From: Eledone cirrhosa
Lineage: Eukaryota
Assembly (NCBI GenBank): GCA_964016885.1
Contig: OZ024740.1
Location: 92,194,001-92,258,000, forward strand
DNA length: 64,000 bases
Direction of reading: 5' to 3'
The notes beneath the pieces are model-generated. The model did not search any database, had not been told where the DNA came from, and was given only the letters and a program-made list of their open reading frames with translations. Below are positions 12,501-25,679 of this stretch, piece after piece. Every line of letters begins with the position of its first letter. The stretch's first letter is position 1. Both the position numbers and the translations under genes were made by a program.

Positions 12501-14758
12501 GCAAGGCCTACAGAGAGCGATTAGCGAACTAGTTAAGCGGGCGTTGACGGGGGCCATCGTCAACAACAAGTGGTGGTATGCTCTGAAAAGAGCAATTTGA
12601 ATAGAGTCCATTAGGTTTAGTAAGGCTTTGGCAATAGAGAAAAATAGAGCAGAGGGAGTATTAGTTAGAAAATTAGACGAGGCGCTTAGCAAAAGCATTG
12701 CGACCGACGTGCTTGCGGCGAAATTGGCCCTTGACCAATTCTACAATGCAAAGCACGAAGGCTGCATTGTCAGAGCTAGGGTGCGTGATCTCAGACACGA
12801 GCGGACGAAAGCCGTTCAATGGGCCCGAGTGGCGGCGGCGCATCGTGGGAACAAAGCCACGATCTGGTCTTTGGTGGTAACGACGGGCGCATGCTACTCG
12901 ATCCCGGGAAAATGTGTGAAGCTTTTCAACGACACTTCGCTCAGGTGTTCGGGGGCAGCGGCGGGCCGGATCGAGGAATGGACTTTAGTGTCTACCTCGA
13001 CGGACTGCCGTGGCTCTCGGCCACTGAGGCGGAGTGTTGCGAAAAGCCGATAACAGCCGCTGAAGTACGGGAGGCAATGACTAGCTGCACAAGCGGTAAA
13101 TGGCCTGGTTTGGATGGTCTGCCCTATGAACTTTACGTATAGATGCCAGACTTGTTCGGAGGCCTCTTGGCGGAGGTCTACTGTGAGCCGAGGAGCGGTG
13201 GCACTGCAGAGAAAGGATCCGAACAAGGGGGATATCATAGATAAGTTTAGGCCCATAACTCTGCTAAACACAGAGTTCAAGATTTTGGCCAATGTGCTAG
13301 CAAAGAGGTTGGCGCTTGTCTTTGGTGGTCTGGTGGGAGAGGCGCAGACATGCGCCATTCCGGACAGATCCGTCCACGACAACCTCCACCTCATGCTATA
13401 CATCGTAGAGAGGGTAGCTAGGGAACCTGGCACGGGTGGGTCCTTGATCAATTTAGATCAGTCGAAAGCCTTCGATAGGGTCGACCAACGTTAGCTAGCC
13501 GCAGTCCTGAGGGCGGCTGGCTTTGGGCCCGTCTTCAGAGGCTGGATCGCTGCCATGCACAGCGACATCTGCTCTGTGGTGAGAGTGAACGGTCACCTTT
13601 CGGAACCGTTCAACATCATGCGCTCGGTCCGCCAAGGATGTCCCCTCTCGTCCCTCTTGTAGGTATTGACTCTCGAGGCATTACTGCACAAAACTGGAGA
13701 CGTTGAGGGGGGTCCCGCTTGAATTAGGATGCGGAAAACCCGTGTCAGCATATGCGGACGATGTCACCGTAGTGGTGTCGAACGCCAAACACATCGAGGC
13801 GATCGGCACTATACTAAGAGAATACGAAGCGGTGACAGGGGCAATGATCAACCAGGAAAAGTCAGTGGGCCTGCTGCTCGGCACCTGGAGAGGCAGGTCC
13901 ATGCCGTCCAACAGCGACGACGTACTTGCAGAAACTCTAGGCGTCGACGAAAATCAACTAGCCAATTTCTTCGGGCGGACTTTCGGGCCGGGAACTATGG
14001 ACAACTTCCAGAAATCCCTAGCCTGGCAGTGCTACCGGGGGGCTTTGCCAGTTCGGGATAAACTCTACAGGCATGGAGGTGCCGTCAGCTGGGCATGTCC
14101 GAGATGCGCGCAGAGCGACGAGACCGTCCTGCACGCACTCGTCCAGTGTCAGAGTGTTGCTGACTGGTGGGTTTATGTCAAACACCTGCTGTCACGTGTA
14201 GGACGGATCCGGCTATCAGCTGAGTCCATCGTGAGGATTGCCCCGCCCTCTTCCTTTAGCCGGGAACGGCAGGCATTTTTTATCTGTCTGGTGGCCATGT
14301 CGAAAGAGATAGTATGGTGGACACGTTTGAAAGGGCTGAAGACGAGCACTTACCTCTTCAGTGATGCCCTGATTAACTTTTTCAAATTTCATTTGAAAAG
14401 GAAAATCAGGGTAGAGGAGGTAGTGCTCTCTTCCCAGCATTGTGTTGAAAGATGGGTGAGAGAAGCAAGTATGGCCCGAGTGAATGGGACAACTCTGAGT
14501 ATATGTCTGTGAATTAAAGGTGGAAAACTGGGAGAGGGCACGTGCCTTGGTGGTGAGGGTCACTTTGTGGTCTTTTAATGGGCTTTCTCCACAAATGTCC
14601 CCCGGAAGTCTCCCCCCTGTTGGGGAATTTTTCTTTGTTATTTTAATACATCCTCTGTTTTTTTTACACGCAGAAATGCCCATTTGTACCGTCCTGTTTT
14701 GCCCTGTACTGTCCTTAATGTCTACTTTATGTAAACCCTTGTTGTTAATAAAGAAAAC
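9533..14758 (+). mobile_element. Tx1/L1-clade LINE, full-length copy 1 (decayed, internal deletions)
   Basis: 5' end GGCGACCTACGTAG shared with 15757 and 37116; ORF1 with CX2CX4HX4C; ORF2 with APE (MTSLRIGSINARGL), RT (YADD) and C-terminal CCHC; ends AATAAAGAAAAC|ATTATT. Confidence 0.93.
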
Positions 14759-14770
14759 ATTATTATTATT

Positions 14771-15701
14771 CAGGCGCTCACAGCCCTCGACCAATCGGGC
14801 AATGTGATCGGTGGAAACTACACCTTGGCGTTCTATAGAGGATTAGTGGAGGGGAAGAGCGACGACGTACTTGGAGAAACTCTAGGCGTCGACGAAAATC
14901 AACTAGCCAATCTCTTCGGAAGGACTTTCGGGCCGGGACCTACGGACAACTTCCAGAAATCCCTGGCCTGGCAGTGCTACCGGGGAGCCTTCCAGTTCGG
15001 GATAAACTCTACAGGCATGGAGGTGCCGTCAGTCGGGCATGTCCGAGATGCGCACAGGGCGACGAAACCGTCCTGTACGCACTCGTCCAGTATCCGAGCA
15101 TTGCAGACTTGTGGGTTTATATCGATCACCTGCTGTCGCGTGTAGGACAATTCCAGCTATCAGCTGAGTCCATCGTGAGGATTTCACCGCCATCTTCCTT
15201 TATCCGAGAACGGCAGGCAGTTTTTATCTGTCTGGTGGCCATGACGAAAGAGATAGTATGGTGGACACGTTTGAAAGGGCTGAAGACGAGCACTTACCTC
15301 TTCGGTGATACCCTGATTAACTTTTTCAAATTTCGTTTGAAAAGCAAAATCAGGGCAGAGAAGGAAGTGCTCTCTTCCCAGCATTTTGTTGAAAGATGGG
15401 TGAGAGAGGCAAGTATGGCCCGAATGAATGGGCCTTCTCTGAGTATGTGTCTGTAAATTAAAGGTTGAAAACTGGGAGAGGGCACTTGCCCTGGTGGTCA
15501 GGGTCACTGTGGTCTTTTAATGGGCTTTCTCCACAAATGTCCCTCGGAAGTCTCCCCCCCCATTGGGGAATTTTTCTTTGTTATTTTATTACATCCTCTG
15601 TTATTTTTTACTCGCAGAAATGCCCATTTGTACCGTCCTGTATTGTCCTGTACTGTCCTTAATGTCTACTTTATGTGAATCCTTGTGGTTAATAAAGAAA
15701 A

Positions 15702-15702
<1 letters not shown>
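14771..15702 (+). mobile_element. Tx1 family, 5'-truncated 3' copy (about 0.93 kb)
   Basis: Matches 20533-21462; (TTA)n flanks. Confidence 0.93.
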
Positions 15703-15756
<54 letters not shown>

Positions 15757-15965
15757 GGCGACCTACGTAGGAAATCGTATTATCGTGAGCTCCGCACAGG
15801 TTCGTTATTTCCGTTTGTTTAAAAATTGCCATTTATGGAAAATGTTATTGTTAACTGTTTATAAGCACACATACATTGTTTTCCGAAAAGGACACCTAAA
15901 AAGATTGGGGCCTTGTGCCCAAAATTTTAACTTTTATTATTATCAAAAGATTTCTTTGAAAAGAA

Positions 15966-17955
15966 ATGGCTACTTCACCTCTGCACGAAGCAGCTGAAAG
16001 CCTTCCTCACAAAATAACACCTCACACCGACACCACCATTGTAAATGTTACTACGTTTGCCAACACAAAAAAAAATATAAGCAGTAGCAATATTTTAAAT
16101 TTGTCTCCGGCAGACATTCATTTCCCGCCATTACCAATGACTGCAGGTGTTAAAGCCTCCACCACCACCACCACCGCGACAACCACCACCACCACCACCA
16201 CCGCGACAACAGAAACAAAAGAAGAAAAAAATAAATTAACTCGTGATGTCGAAATGAAATGAAGCAAAATGGACTCTTCCCCACCAAAGACGACTGACGT
16301 CACCACCACCACAACTGAAACTAAAATTAATATTAACGATAGCAACAACAACAACAATGGCATTATAAACCCCCCCCCCTCAGTTTCGCCAGAGTAGCAA
16401 AACAATTCGAAGCATTTAGCGTAACTCAAGAAGATTTAGAAAATGCCAAACAAATGGTAAAGAAAGATGGGTACAGGGTCAGCCTCACCCCCCCCCCCCA
16501 CCTAATAAAATGGGGCATCGGCGCCTATGCACCGTGTCGTATAGAACAATAAATGTAAAATCGCGCTGAGTGGAACGGGCATCCGAGTCCCAAATCCAAA
16601 AAGCTTTGGGACATGTGTGGGCAAGATAAACCCACATCAGACGTGGGCAAAAGTATGGAACCGTGGATGTGTTCTTTGAAACACCAGAGGAGGCTAGAGA
16701 ACACTCCATGGCCCCATTAAAAAGTGACGACTTCACACTCGTCCCAAGCTATTGTGGCCAGAGACTCGTAAAGATCAGGGTGACCCACGTTCCACCGGCC
16801 ATCGAAATTCCCTGGCTAATAGCGGCCGTCCTCGCCGGCATCGAGACCAACACGAAAATAATAACAATAGCAAAAGAAAAGCAGGAAAACTGCTCCGGAT
16901 CTGGGATGGAGCTCCTGATCCAAGCGGACCAAAAAAGCATTGAGGAGATCCCAGAGGTAATAGACCTCACTGACGGCAGCCACCTCACGGTAATTGTCGA
17001 GGGCAGAAGACATAGGTGTGTCGTTTGTGGTGAAGGAACCCACCTAAGGGCTTTCTGCCCTCAGGCTAAAAGGTTGAGGCCACCTCTCCTACCCACCCCA
17101 GTGACACAACCATCAACACCACCAGTAGCAGAGATGCCAGCAACAACTGTAGCAGCAACAACAGAAGCAACTATAACAGCAACAACCCCAGTAACAGTAG
17201 CAAAACCAACACCACTACCACCACCAGCAAAACCAACACCACCACCACCCAACGCTTCAGAACTAGCACCAGCGCCTACACCATCCACCACACCACAACC
17301 AAAACTAACGGCTGTGGAGGATGTTCCACTCCCCGGCCTATCACAACTGGAGACAGATTGTGACGACGAGAAGTGGGAAACGATATCCGGAAAAAAAAAG
17401 AAACCAAAAAAGAAAAAATTCTCTTCCTTCCCCCTCCAAAAACAAAATACAGAGGGAAACAAATAAACTAAGAAACAAACAAGTTAGGACAGATATGCCA
17501 CCATCCACACCAGCATCACCAACCCCATCAACCCAAACACCAACACCATCACCATCATTAACTCCAACACCACCATCACCTACACCACAAAAGTCACCAA
17601 AATGCGAAACAGAAACAAACCCACAACAAACGCAAAAAAAAACAACAACCAAAACGATACACACTACACAGCATTAAATTTGAACAACAAGCAATTATTG
17701 CACTACATCCAACACAACACCAGCATCACAGAAAAAGACTACACAACAACCCCAAAATTCACACCACCTCCACACATACAAATCACTCGCATCACACAGA
17801 AAACGTACATGACACTAAAACAAAAATTCCCCAAAGACATCGGAGACTTCCGACAAGCACTCTCCAGGAGGATTTATAAGGACATCCTTCCTGAGGAGGC
17901 CACAAGCAGTGAAAAGGATGGAAAAACCGTCCTTCCCCTACGAGAAGTAAGGTAA
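15966..17955 (+). pseudogene. Tx1 ORF1 (gag-like): low-complexity N-terminus, RRM-like segments, zinc knuckle, Pro/Thr linkers, C-terminal domain; broken by stops and frameshifts
   Basis: ORF pieces 15966-16262, 16663-17466 (CVVCGEGTHLRAFC) and 17602-17955; collinear in all three full-length copies. Confidence 0.85.
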
Positions 17956-17988
17956 GTGGTTTTCCCATCTTTTCCACTCCTTTTCAAC

Positions 17989-20900
17989 ATGACCTCACTC
18001 AGAATAGGCAGCATAAATGCGCGTGGCTTGGGGTCGTCATGGAAGCAAGGCCACCTGCTCAACGACCTCAGGTCACAAAACATAGATGTAGTGGCCGTCA
18101 GCGAGACCAGAATCTCCGAAGCACAGGCTTTCGCACTGATCTTCGGCGGCTACGATGTGTACGCATCTCCCAGCCGTCCGGGATCGGGGGGAGGAGTTGC
18201 TGTGCTTTTTCGGAGAGGTTTGGATCTTGCCATACGGGCCATCTTCCTGGACCCAGAAGGTAAGTTGGTGGTGCTGGACGTGACCAGCGGAGACGGGCAA
18301 GCTTTCAGGATAGTGGCCGTCTATGCCCCGACAGGGGCAGGGCGGCCTGATTTCTTCCGGCGTCTGGAGAACTTTCTTGGAACGTCCCGCTCTTTAGTGT
18401 TAGTGGGCGACTGGAACGGGATCTTAGATGCACGCTGGGATTGTGTGGGATTAGTGGATAGGGAAGTCGGGTGCAAGAGTCTCACCAACCTGCTCAGACG
18501 TTTTGAACTGTCTGACAGGTACCGAATGGATTTCCCGAATGTACCAATGTGGACTTGGACAAATCGCATAGGGTCATCCAGATCATATCTAGATAGAGTA
18601 TTTTGTAGGGAAATAGATAGGTCTAGCATAGGCTGTCCACAATTCAAGATAGTCAGCTACACGGACCACAAATTCGTGATCTGTGTGCTTGACTTAGATA
18701 GGCTTCATAGACAAGGACCCGGCTACTGGAAGCTAAACGCGTCCTTACCAGCGCGCAAGGCCTACAGAGACCGTATTAGCGAACTAGTTAAGCGGGCGTT
18801 GACGGGGGCCATCGTCAACAACAAGTGGTGGTTTGCTCTGAAAAGAGCAATTAGAATAGAGTCCATTAGGTTTAGTAAGACTTTAGCAATAGAGAAAAAT
18901 AGAGCAGAGGGAGAATTAGTTAGAAAATTAGATGAGGCGCTTAGCAAAGGCATCGCGACCGACGTAATTGCGGCGAAACTGGCCCTTGACCAACTCTTCA
19001 ATGCAAAGCACGAAGGCTGCGTTGTCAGAGCTAGGGTGCGTGCTCTCAGACACGGGGGGACGAAAGCCGTTCAATGGGCCCGAGTGGCGGAGGCGCGTCG
19101 TGGTAACAAAGCCACGATCCGGTCTTTGGTGGACCACGACGGGCGCATGCTACTCGATCCCGGGAAAATGTGTGAAGCTTTTCAGCGACACTTCGCTCAA
19201 CTGTTCGGGGGCAGTGGCGGGCCGGATCGAGGGATGGACTTTAGTGTCTACCTCGACGGACTGCCGCGGCTTTCGGCCACTGAGGCGGAGTGTTGCGAAA
19301 AGCCGATAACAACCGCTGAAGTACGGGATGCAATGACTAGTTGCACAAGGGGTAAATCGCCTGGTTTGGATGGTCTGCCCTATGAACTTTACGTACAAAT
19401 GCCAAACTTGTTCGGAGGCCTCTTGGCGGACGTCTACTGCAACTGGCAACAGAACGGGAGAATTCCCAGCTCTGTGAGCCAAGGAGCGGTGGCGCTGCTG
19501 AGAAAGGATCCGAACAAGGGGGATAACATAGATAATTTTAGGCTCATAACTCTGCTAAACACAGAGTTCAAGATTTTGGCCAAGGTGCTAGCAAACAGGT
19601 TGGCGCTTGTCGTTGGTGGTCTGGTGGGAGAGGCACAGACATGCGCCATTCCCTACATATCCATCCACGACAACCTCCACCTCATGCGATACATCGTAGA
19701 GAGGGTAGCTAGGGAACCAGGCACGGGTGGGTCTTTGATCAATTTAGATCAGTCGAAAGCCTTCGATAGGGTCGACCATCGTTACCTAGCGGCAGTCCTG
19801 AGGGCGGCTGGCTTTGGGCCCGTCTTCAGAGGCTGGATCGCTGCCATGCACAGCGACATCTGCTCTGTAGTGAGAGTGAACGGTCACCTTTCGGAACCGT
19901 TCAACATCATGCGCTCGGTCCGCGAAGGATGTCCCCTCTCGTCCCTATTGTACGTATTGACTCTCGAGCCATTACTGCACAAACTGGAGACGTTGAGGGG
20001 GGTCCCGCGCGAACTAGGATGCGGAAGATCCGTGTCAGCATATGCCGACGATGTAACCGTAGTGGTGTCGAACGCCAAACACATCGAGGCGATCGGCACT
20101 ACACTAAGATAATACGAAGCAGTGACAGGAGCAATGATCAACCAGGAAAGGTCAGTGGGCCTGCAGCTCGGCACCTGGAGAGGCAGGTCCATGCCGTTCA
20201 ACAGCGTCGTCGGGCGCTGGACGGACGGACCGGTTAAATTGCTAGGGGTCTGGTTCGGTCCAGACCTCCAGACGGACAAAAACTGGGACGAGGTGACGAG
20301 CAGGGTGGCTTCTCTCACCCAGAAATGGGCCGAGAGGAAGCTATCCCTGAAAGGTCGAGCGGAGGTGGCGAATGCGTACATCGCATCCGTCATCTACTAC
20401 CGCCTGACCGTCGTACCTTGTCCTAAGCCCCGTTTGCGAGACACGTCTTTCCACAGCTCGTCTCCTTGACGGAGCTGCAGTCCTGGGTCAAGCGAAGACC
20501 GAGAGGGAGCGCTTGGGGGACTGGAATGTCTTCAGGCGCTCACAGCCCTCGACCAATCGGGCAATGTGATCGGTGGAAACTCCACCTTGGCGTTCTATAG
20601 GGGATTAGTGGAGGGGAAGAGCGACGACGTACTTGGAGAAACTCTAGAAGTCGACGAAAATCAACTAGCCAATCTCTTCGGAAGGACTTTCGGGCCGGGG
20701 CCTATGGACAACTTCCAGAAATCCCTGGCCTGGCAGTGCTACCGAGGAGCTTTTCCAGTTCGGGATAAACTCTACAGGCATGGAGGTGCCGTCAGCCGGG
20801 CATGTCCGAGATGCGCGCAGGGCGACGAAACCGTCCTGCACGCACTCGTCCAGTGTCCGAGCATTGCTGACTTGTGTGTTTATGTCGAACACCTGCTGTC

Positions 20901-21219
20901 ACGTGTAGGACCTATCCAGCTATCAGCTGAGTCCATCGTGAGGATTGCCCCGCCCCCTTCCTTTAGCCTGGAAGGGCAGGCAGTTTTTATCTGTCTGGTG
21001 GCCATGGCGAAAGAGATAGTATGGTGGACACGTTTGAAAGGGCTGAAGACGAGCACTTACCTCTTCGGTGACGCCCTGATTAACTTTTTCAAATTTCATT
21101 TGAAAAGGAAAATCAGGGTAGAGAGGGAAGTGCTCTCTTCCCAGCATTTTGTTGAAAGATGGGTGAGAGAAGCAAGTATGGCCCGAATGAATGGGCCTTC
21201 TCTGAGTATGTGTCTGTAA
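17989..21219 (+). pseudogene. Tx1 ORF2: AP-like endonuclease, reverse transcriptase and C-terminal zinc-binding motif
   Basis: SINARGL, SET, GDWN, YLDR and TDH (EEP motifs); SPGLDGLP, DQSKAFD, GCPLS and YADD (RT); CPRC..HALVQC; ATG at 17989. Confidence 0.95.
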
Positions 21220-21502
21220 ATTAAAGGTGGAAAACTGGGAGAGGGCACTTGCTCTGGTGGTCAGGGCCACTGTGGTCTTTTAATGGGCTTTCTCCACAAA
21301 TGTCCCTTGGAAGTCTCCCCCCTATTGGGGAATTTTTCTTTGTTATTTTATTTCAACCTCTGTATTTTTACACGCAGACATGCCCTTTTGTACCGTCCTG
21401 TATTGTCCTGTACTGTCCTTAATGTCTACTTTATGTGAACCCTTGTGGTTAATAAAGAAAACATTATTATTATTATTAGTATAATTATTATTATTATTAT
21501 TG

Positions 21503-22331
21503 TTCCTTGAGTCTCAGTCATTGATGTTATTTAACTGGAATGTTTGTTGAAATGAAATGTCAAACCACTACCTGCAGCCTCAGATATTCAGGACATTATC
21601 GGAGGGTTCTTGTGGTACACAGCCAGCATGCCTTTTTAAGTGTTCCAAAAGGTGGGGCTGGACTAATTTTGTTTAACCATCCTTGGAATCTCTTTGAGAT
21701 AGTACATAGTGCGCCTATGACTATCGGGACCACTTTGAGTTCATGGCAGTTCCAAATCCTTTTTACCCTCCAATATAATTCCCGGTATCGGTTAATGTTC
21801 TCCCTCTCCTTCTCTTGCACTCTCGTGTCAAATAGACAGGCTACATCTACAATCAGGCATGATCTTTTTTCCTTGTCCAAAACCACCAGGTCAGGCCTAT
21901 TGTGTTACAGTTTCTTGTCCGTCTGTATCCTAAAATCCCACAGCATCTTCACCTGATCGTTTTCTATCACCGACTCTGGCTTATGCACACACCACTTCTC
22001 AGAATGTGGTAAATTGTTTACTTTGCATAGGTGCCAGTTGATCACACTGCCCATCACATCATGTCTCCAGCCTTTATAGTGAGTCTGGGCTAGTTATTTG
22101 CACTAGGATACAAGGTGAGCCACAGTCTCCTCTCTCTCTACGGAGTCCTACACAGTGGGCCAGCCTCCTCCTTGTAAATATGGTGTTTCACCCACTTCGT
22201 TTTGAGGGCCTGCTCTTGCGCACCCATTAGCATTCCTTCTGTAGCCTTTTTAAGGTCTCCTCTTTTCAACCAGTTCCATTTCTGTGGGTCTCTAAATTTA
22301 ATTTTCGCAAAGAAGTTATTATGAAGGGATT
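21503..22331 (-). mobile_element. R4/Dong family B, 3' fragment (diverged copy)
   Basis: Homologous to 33395-34222; RPD..CLIVDVAC..RY restriction-like endonuclease (RLE) region. Confidence 0.9.
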
Positions 22332-24072
22332 ATTTTGGGTGCTAAAGTTTGCATGCTAAAGTTACACAAGATTGAGATGTGATCTTTTTCAAGTATGGGT
22401 GTTGGTTGATGCTCCCACTAATTCTTTTGATGGGGCAGGTCAAAATGCTTACACATTATCCAATGTATGTATTGTGCAGCTCTGTCATGCCTGTTTAGGT
22501 ATTCGGTTGGAGCTATAGGACTGCACATTAAAATTATATGTTCAATGGTCTCTGTTGTTTTTACATACACGTCATAATGGTTTGCATCCATTTTTTATTA
22601 TGTTGGGTTGGTAATTTTTTGTTGGCAGACACTGATCTTCTGCTGATATAATCAGTCCTTCAGTCTCCGATTTCAGTCCAGAGGATGCCAACCACTGATG
22701 GTTTAAAGTTTTGTCAACCTCAGGATTGTTAGCTCTTTCTGGGTATTTTCCATACAGAGGCTTTTCTAGACATTTTTAAGCCAGTTTCTGTAGCAGTTCT
22801 TTCTTTGAAGTTACTTTTACACGCTTTGCTGTTTCTGTGTTTTCCATTTCAGCAGTAAATGAGACTTCTGAAATGTGTAGTCCATTACTGTATCTTTGTG
22901 CATCTTTTGTAGTGGAGTATGATCTTTTGATGCTTTCGTGTTTCAAAACGAGTTTGAACATCCAATCATGTGATTCCCTTGGATATGTAGATAATCCAAT
23001 TGTTGCAGTTTTCAACGCAATATATAACTGGATTAACCCACGTCCTCCTTCCTTCCTAGGGAGATATATTCTATCTGTATCTGCCTTAGGGTGATGCATT
23101 CTGTGCATGGTTAAGAATTTTCTAATTTTTGTATCAAGCCTACGGATCTCTGTGCTTGACCAATTGATGTCATTTTTACTGTAGGTTATTACTGGTATGG
23201 CAAGCGTGTTTATGGCATCGATCCTATTCCTCGCATTCAATTCCGTTCTTAAGATTGCTCTTACTCTTCGGTAACATTCCTACATTATCCTTTCCCTCGT
23301 TATCGAGTGCTTGATTCCGTCTCCTTCACAAACACGTAGATATTTGTAAGTTTCCTCTTGATCAAGTTCTCTTATCACATTCCCCCGATCAAGATTAATG
23401 TCTGAACTTTTCAGCAGCTTTCCTCTTGTGAACGTTGATTGGGCGCATTTATCCCACCAAACTCCATTTTTATGTCATCACTGAACTGCTCCACAGTGGA
23501 TAATAGCTCTTGCAATGGCTCATCATTGTTTGCAAATAGTTTCAGGTCATCCATGTAGAAGAAGTAATTAAAGGTTTTGTCATAGACTTTATATCCTTGT
23601 TTTGTTTCATTGAGCATTTTACTTAATGGTATAAGTGCGATGCAGAATAAAAGCGGTGATAAAGAGTCACCCTGAACAATTCCACAATTAATATTATCTT
23701 CTCCAGCTTCCAGTGATTTGTTTTCACTATTCAAGAGGAGTGTCGTTTTTTATGTCTTCATACTGAGTGACAGAAACCTCCTGACAACGGGAGATATTTT
23801 GAAAATCTCTAAACATTATTCAATCCAACTGTGGCAAATTAACGAATGCTTTTTTATAATCTATCCAAGCAATTGATAGATGTTGTTAACCCAAAGCTGA
23901 TCCTTACAGCCTCGTTTACACCCTTTCTGCTCGTTGGGATATAGGTCATTTGTTATTAGGTGGTCATATGTATATTCAGTTAGGACTGATGTTAACATTT
24001 TATACATTGTAGACAAGCAAGTTATCCGTCTGTAATATTTGGGATTGTTTGTATTATCATTCTTCGGAAGCA
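22332..24072 (-). mobile_element. R4/Dong family A internal fragment (RT to CCHC), 3' end missing
   Basis: GIVQGDSLSPLLF, FYMDDLKLF and HPKADTDRIYLPRKEGGRGL; homologous to 27119-28892. Confidence 0.9.
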
Positions 24073-24085
24073 TTATTATTATAAA

Positions 24086-25625
24086 ACTAAGAGAATACGA
24101 AGCGGTGACAGGAGCAATGATCAACCAGGAAAAGTCCGTGGGCCTACAGCTCGGCACCTCGAGAGCCAGATCCATGCCGTCCAACGGCGTCGTCGGGCGC
24201 TGGACGGACGGACCAGTTAAATTGTTAGGGGTCTGGTTCAGTCCGGACCTCCAGACGGACAAAAACTGGGACGATGTGACGAGCAGAGTGCATTCTCTCA
24301 ACCAGAAATGGGCGGGGAGGAAGCTATCCCTGAAAGGTCGAGCGTACATCGTGTCCGTCATCTACTACCGCCTTACTGTCGTGCCTTGTCCTGAGCCCCG
24401 CCCGACTGCGCTGGAGCGTTTTCTCCTTCGCTTTTTGTGGAAGGGACGCGCTCCGATGGTCAGGCGGTCCTTCAGCTGTTGTCAACACCCGATACGTGGT
24501 AGGGCTGGGCATGCCGTGGCAGATAATGCGCAGACACGCGCTCAGGTTACGACATATCCACCTCTTCCGCGACGGTGATCAGGTGTGGACTCCGTTTGCT
24601 AGACGCGTCTTTCCCTAGATCATCTCCTTGATGGAGCTGCAGTCCTGGGTCAAGCGAGACCGAGAGGGAGCGCTTGGAAACTGGAATGTCTTCAGGCGTT
24701 TACAGCCCTCGGCCAATCGTGCAATGTGATCGGTGGAAACTCCACCTTGGCGTTCTATAGAGGATTAGTGGAGGGGAAGAGTGACGACGTACTTGGAGAA
24801 AATCTGACGTCAAAGGAAATCGACTGGCCAATCTCTTTGGAAGAACTTTTGGGCCGTGGCCTATGGACAACTTCCAGAAATCCAGGGCCTGGCAGTGCTA
24901 CCGAGGAGCTTTGCCAGTTCGGGATAAACTCTACAGGCATGGAAGTGCCGTCAGGCGGGCATATCCGATATGCGCACAGGGCAACGAAAGCGTCCTGCAC
25001 GCACTCGTCCAGTGTCCGAGCATTGCTGACTTGTGGTTTTATGTCGAACACCTGCTGTCTCGTGTAGAACGGATCCGATTATCAGCTGAGTCCATCGTGA
25101 GGATTTCTCCGCCCTCTTCCTTTAGCTAGGAAGGGCGGGCAGTTTTTATCTGTCTGGTGGACATGGCGAAAGAGATAGTATGGTGGACACGTCTGAAAGG
25201 GCTGAAGACGAGCACTTACCACTTCGGTGATGCCCTGATTATCTTTTTCCAATTTCATTTGAAAAGGAAAATCAGGGTAGAGAGGGAGGTGCTCTCTTCC
25301 CAGCTTTTTGTTGAAAGATGGGTGAGAGAGGCAAGAATGGCCCGAGTGAATGGGCCTACTCTGAGTATGTGTCTGTAAATTAAAGGTGGAAAACTGGGAG
25401 AGGGCACTTTTGGTGGTCAGGGTCACTGTGGCCTTTTAATGGGCTTTCTCCACAAATGTCCCTTGAAAGTCACCCCACCCCTATTGGGGAATTTTTCATT
25501 ATTTTTTTGTTACATCCTCTGTTTTTGTTTTTTACACGCAGAAATGCCCATTTGTACCCTCCTGTATTGTCATAACTGTCGTTAATGTCTACTTTATGTA
25601 AACCCTTGTCGTTAATAAAGAAATC
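24086..25625 (+). mobile_element. Tx1 family, 5'-truncated copy (about 1.5 kb)
   Basis: Starts at LREYEAVTGA; retains the FLWKGRAPMVRRS region deleted in copies 1 and 2; canonical 3' end. Confidence 0.92.
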
Positions 25626-25679
25626 ATTAATATTATTATTATTATTAATGTCTTCAGACTTTATTATTATTAATGTCTT

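Larger units (their letters stand above)
15757..21462 (+). mobile_element. Tx1/L1-clade LINE, full-length copy 2 (best preserved)
   Basis: Same termini as copy 1; long APE-RT reading frame; premature stop at 20110-20112 and a deletion near 20431. Confidence 0.95.

Noticed and set aside
17953-17988. Stop-codon read-through fusing ORF1 and ORF2 (ORF track shows 17956 directly in frame)
   Set aside because: Only copy 2 has a 33-nt spacer; copies 1 and 3 have 34 nt and are out of frame.
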